DNA from: a virus
Lineage: Duplodnaviria > Caudoviricetes
IMG/VR virus record: IMGVR_UViG_3300005608_000006
Location: 1-61,109 of that record
Reading direction: 5' to 3' (one strand)
DNA length: 61,109 nt
Positions 57,987 to 61,109 of the stretch are shown here, piece after piece (position 1 is the first letter of the stretch; the number at the start of each line of letters is the position of its first letter). The notes under the pieces were generated by a model. It saw nothing but the letters and a program-made list of their open reading frames with translations. It did not search any database and had not been told where the DNA came from. A program made the translations under genes and the position numbers.

Positions 57987-58142
57987 TTAACTCTCAGCGA
58001 GGTTCCTTACCAGTATCTCCTCTTGCATTCGCTTATCCTTTTCCCACTTTCTTATAGTAGATTTCGCATTATAATCTGTGACGAGTGCCACAGTTCCATG
58101 CTCTTTCCACATAATTTCAGATACGAAGTCAGGGTTAACCAT
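57987..58142 (-). CDS. 51-aa hypothetical protein (missing from ORF track)
   Basis: Manual translation MVNPDFVSEIMWKEHGTVALVTDYNAKSTIRKWEKDKRMQEEILVRNLAES; abuts gp25 and lies downstream of a late promoter. Confidence 0.65.
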   Translation of the reverse strand: MVNPDFVSEIMWKEHGTVALVTDYNAKSTIRKWEKDKRMQEEILVRNLAES

Positions 58143-58164
58143 AATAGAGATATTAGTTCCCTAG

Positions 58165-58171
58165 TATTTAG
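58165..58171 (-). promoter_or_regulatory. Late promoter CTAAATA heading the baseplate operon
   Basis: TCTAAATA 23 nt upstream of the ATG at 58142. Confidence 0.7.
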
Positions 58172-58211
58172 ACACGTTTCTCCTATTTGTGGACGCTCGC
58201 GGCACGAATTT

Positions 58212-58481
58212 TTACTCTACATGGAATATTCCATCCATTTTAGAGATTTTCTCATATATTAAGTCTAAATTTTGTGAGTACGATAGATATTCTTCTCTTC
58301 CTTTCGGTTTATAATAGGTTTTATCAGGAGTAGGTATCTCTTCTATTCTCGTTTCTAATTCTTCTATTCTCTTACTTAATGCTTGCAAGCATTCATTAAT
58401 AGCGTTGAATGCAGCAGCTATGTTTTCTTCTTGGGAAAATGCCTCACGGCTATTTAGCGTAGAATCTTCTTCAGTTGACAT
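58212..58481 (-). CDS. Hypothetical coiled-coil protein
   Basis: 89-aa ORF on the coding strand, tightly packed with neighbours. Confidence 0.7.
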   Translation of the reverse strand: MSTEEDSTLNSREAFSQEENIAAAFNAINECLQALSKRIEELETRIEEIPTPDKTYYKPKGREEYLSYSQNLDLIYEKISKMDGIFHVE

Positions 58482-58490
58482 AAGATAAGT

Positions 58491-58715
58491 TTATTTAATA
58501 TGTTGAGGACATTTGATAATAGCAATCGCTATAGCACCTGTCTTGAATCCAGTTGACTCTTCTACTACTGTTCTTACTTCTTGCACTCCATACTTTTCAC
58601 TTGCATCGCTATATGCTAAGAGAAGTGACTTATAAGTATCATGTCCTTGATCTTTATATTCACAGAATCCTGTTCCAACAAAGTTTAGTAGTGTCAATAA
58701 TGTAAGTTCAATCAT
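58491..58715 (-). CDS. Hypothetical protein with hydrophobic N-terminus
   Basis: 74-aa ORF; overlaps the upstream ORF. Confidence 0.65.
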   Translation of the reverse strand: MIELTLLTLLNFVGTGFCEYKDQGHDTYKSLLLAYSDASEKYGVQEVRTVVEESTGFKTGAIAIAIIKCPQHIK

Positions 58716-58878
58716 CTTTTAGAGGTTTTAGGTTGATGGATTGACCATCATCACTTAGTTCAAATTGTAATTCCGTTTCTACATTCCACCCAAGTTCTTC
58801 ACAAATCTCGTAAGGTATAGTGAGTATTAAATCACCATAATCATCTTCATCGAGTTTAGTGGTAAATCTATGGGACAT
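58708..58878 (-). CDS. AbrB/MazE-like small DNA-binding protein (likely start MSHRFTT at 58878)
   Basis: GDLILTIPYEICEELGWNVETELQF...SINLKP matches the swapped-hairpin pattern xIPxE..E.LGW..G..L. Confidence 0.65.
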   Translation of the reverse strand: MSHRFTTKLDEDDYGDLILTIPYEICEELGWNVETELQFELSDDGQSINLKPLKDD

Positions 58879-58885
58879 AAGGTTA

Positions 58886-59110
58886 TTACATACGGTTATT
58901 GGTGGGGTATTTTGAAGGATGGTTAGACTTCCAATCACTCCACAACGTATATAGCGTTTCCTTATTCCTAACTCTGTAGATAGACGCTGCATGATCTGCA
59001 CATTCGTACATACGATTATCTAATCCACCTTCCAAACGGATTAACTGTTCAATACACCATACTCTAAGGTCTTGGCGATTATAAGAATCATCTGATTGTG
59101 GAGTAGTCAT
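58886..59110 (-). CDS. Hypothetical protein (likely start MTTPQS at 59110)
   Basis: ORF track gives 58886..59149; the first ATG is at 59110. Confidence 0.65.
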   Translation of the reverse strand: MTTPQSDDSYNRQDLRVWCIEQLIRLEGGLDNRMYECADHAASIYRVRNKETLYTLWSDWKSNHPSKYPTNNRM

Positions 59111-59286
59111 TTTTTTACTGGAAAAATTTTTTATATAAGAAGGAAACAAAAAGGCGAATAATATTTAACTCGCTCTTGGGAACCTTTGTAGGTTAGGGTA
59201 GTGGCTGCTTTTTAATTAACGGGGGGCTAAATAACTGCCTTTCCCGTTATGAGACTGTAATAAGACTGTGAGACTTTAAATAAGCA

Positions 59287-59317
59287 TAAAAAAAGAGGGG
59301 TTTCCCTAGACCCCTCC
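59287..59317 (-). terminator. Intrinsic terminator ending the early-gene cluster
   Basis: Minus strand GAGGGG-TCTAGGGAAA-CCCCTC-TTTTTTT. Confidence 0.8.
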
Positions 59318-59346
59318 ATTATGACATATTTGTGTGAGTTTGTCAA
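59318..59346 (-). promoter_or_regulatory. Sigma70-like promoter TTGACA-N17-CATAAT
   Basis: Perfect -35, 17-bp spacer, 5/6 -10. Confidence 0.7.
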
Positions 59347-59388
59347 CTGGTCTTACGTCTCCATTCCCCAAAGACCGCCAGCAAGTTG

Positions 59389-59709
59389 TTAGTCGATCGC
59401 TAACTCCATACCGCTAACGAAATCTTCTTTAACGTTCTTATAAGATACGAACCACTCGTAATTTTTCTGAAATACTCGCATACCGTAAGAGAATTCATCA
59501 AGTAGAGCGTTTAATCTGCTTTTAGTGGTGTTAGACTGCCAACCGCCATCTTTAATAATGATTGAGTGATCTTTAACTGTAGCGATGTGATTCCCGTGTA
59601 GATAAACGTCCGCTTCATTATCCCAACCGTGCTTAACTGTAGTGTTAGAACTAGAGAAGTTTCTGCCTGTTCTGATTGCTCTGTTCATGTCTCTTTCAAT
59701 TTTTCTCAT
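59389..59709 (-). CDS. Early hypothetical protein
   Basis: VYLHGNHIA...DGGWQSNTTKSRLNALL; has its own promoter and RBS. Confidence 0.8.
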   Translation of the reverse strand: MRKIERDMNRAIRTGRNFSSSNTTVKHGWDNEADVYLHGNHIATVKDHSIIIKDGGWQSNTTKSRLNALLDEFSYGMRVFQKNYEWFVSYKNVKEDFVSGMELAID

Positions 59710-59735
59710 TTGGGTTTCCCTCTGTTGTTATTCTA

Positions 59736-59763
59736 ATTATAGCAACTAGGCACCCAGTTACAA
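59736..59763 (-). promoter_or_regulatory. Sigma70-like promoter TTGTAA-N16-TATAAT (extended -10)
   Basis: Minus strand TTGTAACTGGGTGCCTAGTTGCTATAAT upstream of 59709. Confidence 0.7.
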
Positions 59764-59970
59764 CTCCTCCTGTGACACTTGTTGTACTGGCACAACGTCC
59801 CAACTATATCCAATAGATTTGATATAATCGAATACACTAACGTCTTTATTTTTTCTTATTCTCCACTCGTCTCTATTCACTCTAAAATCATGTATAAAAG
59901 TCTGTAATTCATATATGCTTTTGAACTGTCCTATTAGTTCATGCTTTTCGTTATAGAGTGAATAGACCAT
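59758..59970 (-). CDS. Early hypothetical protein (likely start MVYSLY at 59970)
   Basis: The track start at 60003 lies inside the promoter; GAGAGG precedes the ATG at 59970. Confidence 0.7.
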   Translation of the reverse strand: MVYSLYNEKHELIGQFKSIYELQTFIHDFRVNRDEWRIRKNKDVSVFDYIKSIGYSWDVVPVQQVSQEEL

Positions 59971-59993
59971 TTCTTTGAAACCTCTCAAGGTTA

Positions 59994-60022
59994 ATTTTAC
60001 CATAATCTGAGAATTCTGTCAA
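59994..60022 (-). promoter_or_regulatory. Sigma70-like promoter TTGACA-N17-TAAAAT
   Basis: Perfect -35, 17-bp spacer ending in TGG (extended -10), then TAAAAT. Confidence 0.8.
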
Positions 60023-60046
60023 GAATGTTCTGATATGCTGAAAGAC

Positions 60047-60075
60047 TTGACAACCGATAAGATGCGTGCTAAGAG
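60047..60075 (+). promoter_or_regulatory. Possible divergent antisense promoter TTGACA-N17-TAAGAG
   Basis: Perfect -35, 17-bp spacer ending in TGC, weak -10. Confidence 0.4.
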
Positions 60076-60140
60076 TGAATTAAATAGAACACTTATATAC
60101 ATTTATTTGTATATTTAATAAAATTCCGTATAGTACAAAA

Positions 60141-60272
60141 TTACTCCTTAGTGTTCCATCTTTTATGCTTTCTGACGTTAACCCATATTACTATTGTGAT
60201 CTCCTTCAGAATGCTCCAAATATATTGCAATTCCTGTGATCTTGTAACTGAGTCATCTTTTTTATTATCCAT
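60141..60272 (-). CDS. 43-aa hypothetical protein (missing from ORF track)
   Basis: Manual translation MDNKKDDSVTRSQELQYIWSILKEITIVIWVNVRKHKRWNTKE; overlaps the upstream stop. Confidence 0.55.
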   Translation of the reverse strand: MDNKKDDSVTRSQELQYIWSILKEITIVIWVNVRKHKRWNTKE

Positions 60273-60495
60273 TTTTCCAACTTGCGTGAATGCTCCGCAC
60301 TTCTTCAATATTAGTTATATGTTTTAATTGTTTCCACTCTGTTGGATAAATTAAAATCTTAACTTGTCTTAATCCGTTCATGCTCTCTTTATCCTCCTTT
60401 TCATTAACTACCATAACAACATATTGGTCACATACAAAACTAATATATCCCGATTCATTCGGTTTATAATGGTAGTAATGTTTAAGTTTAGGCAT
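60265..60495 (-). CDS. Early hypothetical protein
   Basis: 76 aa (GYISFVCDQYV...ILIYPTEW); translationally coupled. Confidence 0.7.
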   Translation of the reverse strand: MPKLKHYYHYKPNESGYISFVCDQYVVMVVNEKEDKESMNGLRQVKILIYPTEWKQLKHITNIEEVRSIHASWKNG

Positions 60496-60722
60496 TAACT
60501 TAGGTTGGTTTTTTTGAGTCTGTTTTCAAAAATTGATTGAATATCCTGGAATTGTTGCTCTAATTCCTTTTGGATTATATGACTATGTTGCAATAGTTCC
60601 CTATTGTCGCTATTATAAAGAATTGAGTTAATTTCTTTTACTAACTCAATTCCCTTTTCTAATTTGGTTAATCTCTGGTCAATTTCCACTAATTCTGACC
60701 ATTCGTAAAGAACATGATGCAA
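60495..60722 (-). CDS. Early hypothetical protein
   Basis: 75-aa helical ORF; translationally coupled. Confidence 0.65.
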   Translation of the reverse strand: MHHVLYEWSELVEIDQRLTKLEKGIELVKEINSILYNSDNRELLQHSHIIQKELEQQFQDIQSIFENRLKKTNLS

Positions 60723-60726
60723 TTTT

Positions 60727-60936
60727 TTAATCCCATTCGGGTGTTGGTTTTTTTGCTCTGTTTATATCTATCTTATCTTGCAAGTCATTAAATTGCTTTA
60801 TCTCATGTTCGATTAATCTGCATATGCTAGAATTAATCTCAAGATAATGCTCTTTATGGTCACTTTCTGAATAATGAAAGTTTAAGCAAGTGCGGACGTA
60901 TTCAAGTTGTTTTTTAGTTAATTCCATTATCTGCAA
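60727..60936 (-). CDS. Early hypothetical protein
   Basis: 69-aa ORF; the true start is probably MELTKK at 60927 (TAATG overlap). Confidence 0.65.
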   Translation of the reverse strand: MQIMELTKKQLEYVRTCLNFHYSESDHKEHYLEINSSICRLIEHEIKQFNDLQDKIDINRAKKPTPEWD

Positions 60937-61109
60937 AGTTCCTCAAAACGTCTATTTGCTTCATTTGCAATTACTGGTAAATAACCAAGTTCAGAATTTT
61001 GGTCAAGTGCATCAAGTTGGTCTGAAGTCAAATTGTTTTCAATTCGATACTCCTCCCATACCTCATCATACAAATTTTCAAGAATTGTCTCGTTATGTAT
61101 GCAACTCAT
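60927..61109 (-). CDS. Early hypothetical protein
   Basis: MSCIHNETILENLYDEV...ANRRFEE; starts at the window edge. Confidence 0.65.
   Translation of the reverse strand: MSCIHNETILENLYDEVWEEYRIENNLTSDQLDALDQNSELGYLPVIANEANRRFEELCR

Noticed and set aside
1096-58262. Many 60-130 aa plus-strand ORFs and alternative-frame minus-strand ORFs in the track
   Set aside because: They are shadows of long minus-strand genes caused by codon bias; no recognisable motifs or expression signals.
58708-59001. 97-aa version of the AbrB-like ORF
   Set aside because: The N-terminal extension overlaps 58886..59110 out of frame; the ATG at 58878 fits the gene packing.
1-61109. tRNAs, introns, inteins, homing endonucleases, stop-codon recoding
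   Set aside because: None recognised by eye. gp17 and the other core genes are uninterrupted under the standard code, and intergenic gaps are short. A tRNAscan/Infernal run would be needed to exclude RNAs formally.

Overview
A 61-kb segment of a T4-like marine cyanomyovirus. It is AT-rich and probably infects Prochlorococcus (inferred from composition plus the pcyA and PTOX genes). Nearly all genes are on the minus strand. In transcription order (right to left): a cluster of small early genes with sigma70-like promoters (58.2-61.1 kb); gp25, gp6, a giant 6706-aa gp7-like baseplate wedge protein, a gp9-like connector, a 1391-aa YHYH-like structural protein, gp8, a 2405-aa DUF4815/VrlC-like protein and a 2431-aa fibre; neck and tail-completion genes gp13-gp15; small terminase gp16; a ~5.7-kb accessory island (basic polyprotein-like ORFs, PTOX, an SNase-like nuclease, pcyA); then large terminase gp17, tail sheath gp18 and the 5' part of tail tube gp19. 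T4-type late promoters (ATAAATA/CTAAATA) precede the structural genes. The main observation is that the giant baseplate protein contains tandem helical domains that align by eye with the phycobiliprotein (globin-like) fold. Two of them keep Cys at both canonical bilin-attachment positions, and the same window encodes the phycocyanobilin synthase PcyA. Two neighbouring baseplate proteins carry amicyanin-type blue-copper motifs. Together these suggest a possibly chromophorylated, light- or redox-responsive virion baseplate; this is an untested hypothesis. Both the baseplate protein and the fibre show nested (Russian-doll) domain insertions. All family assignments come from motif recognition, not from database searches.
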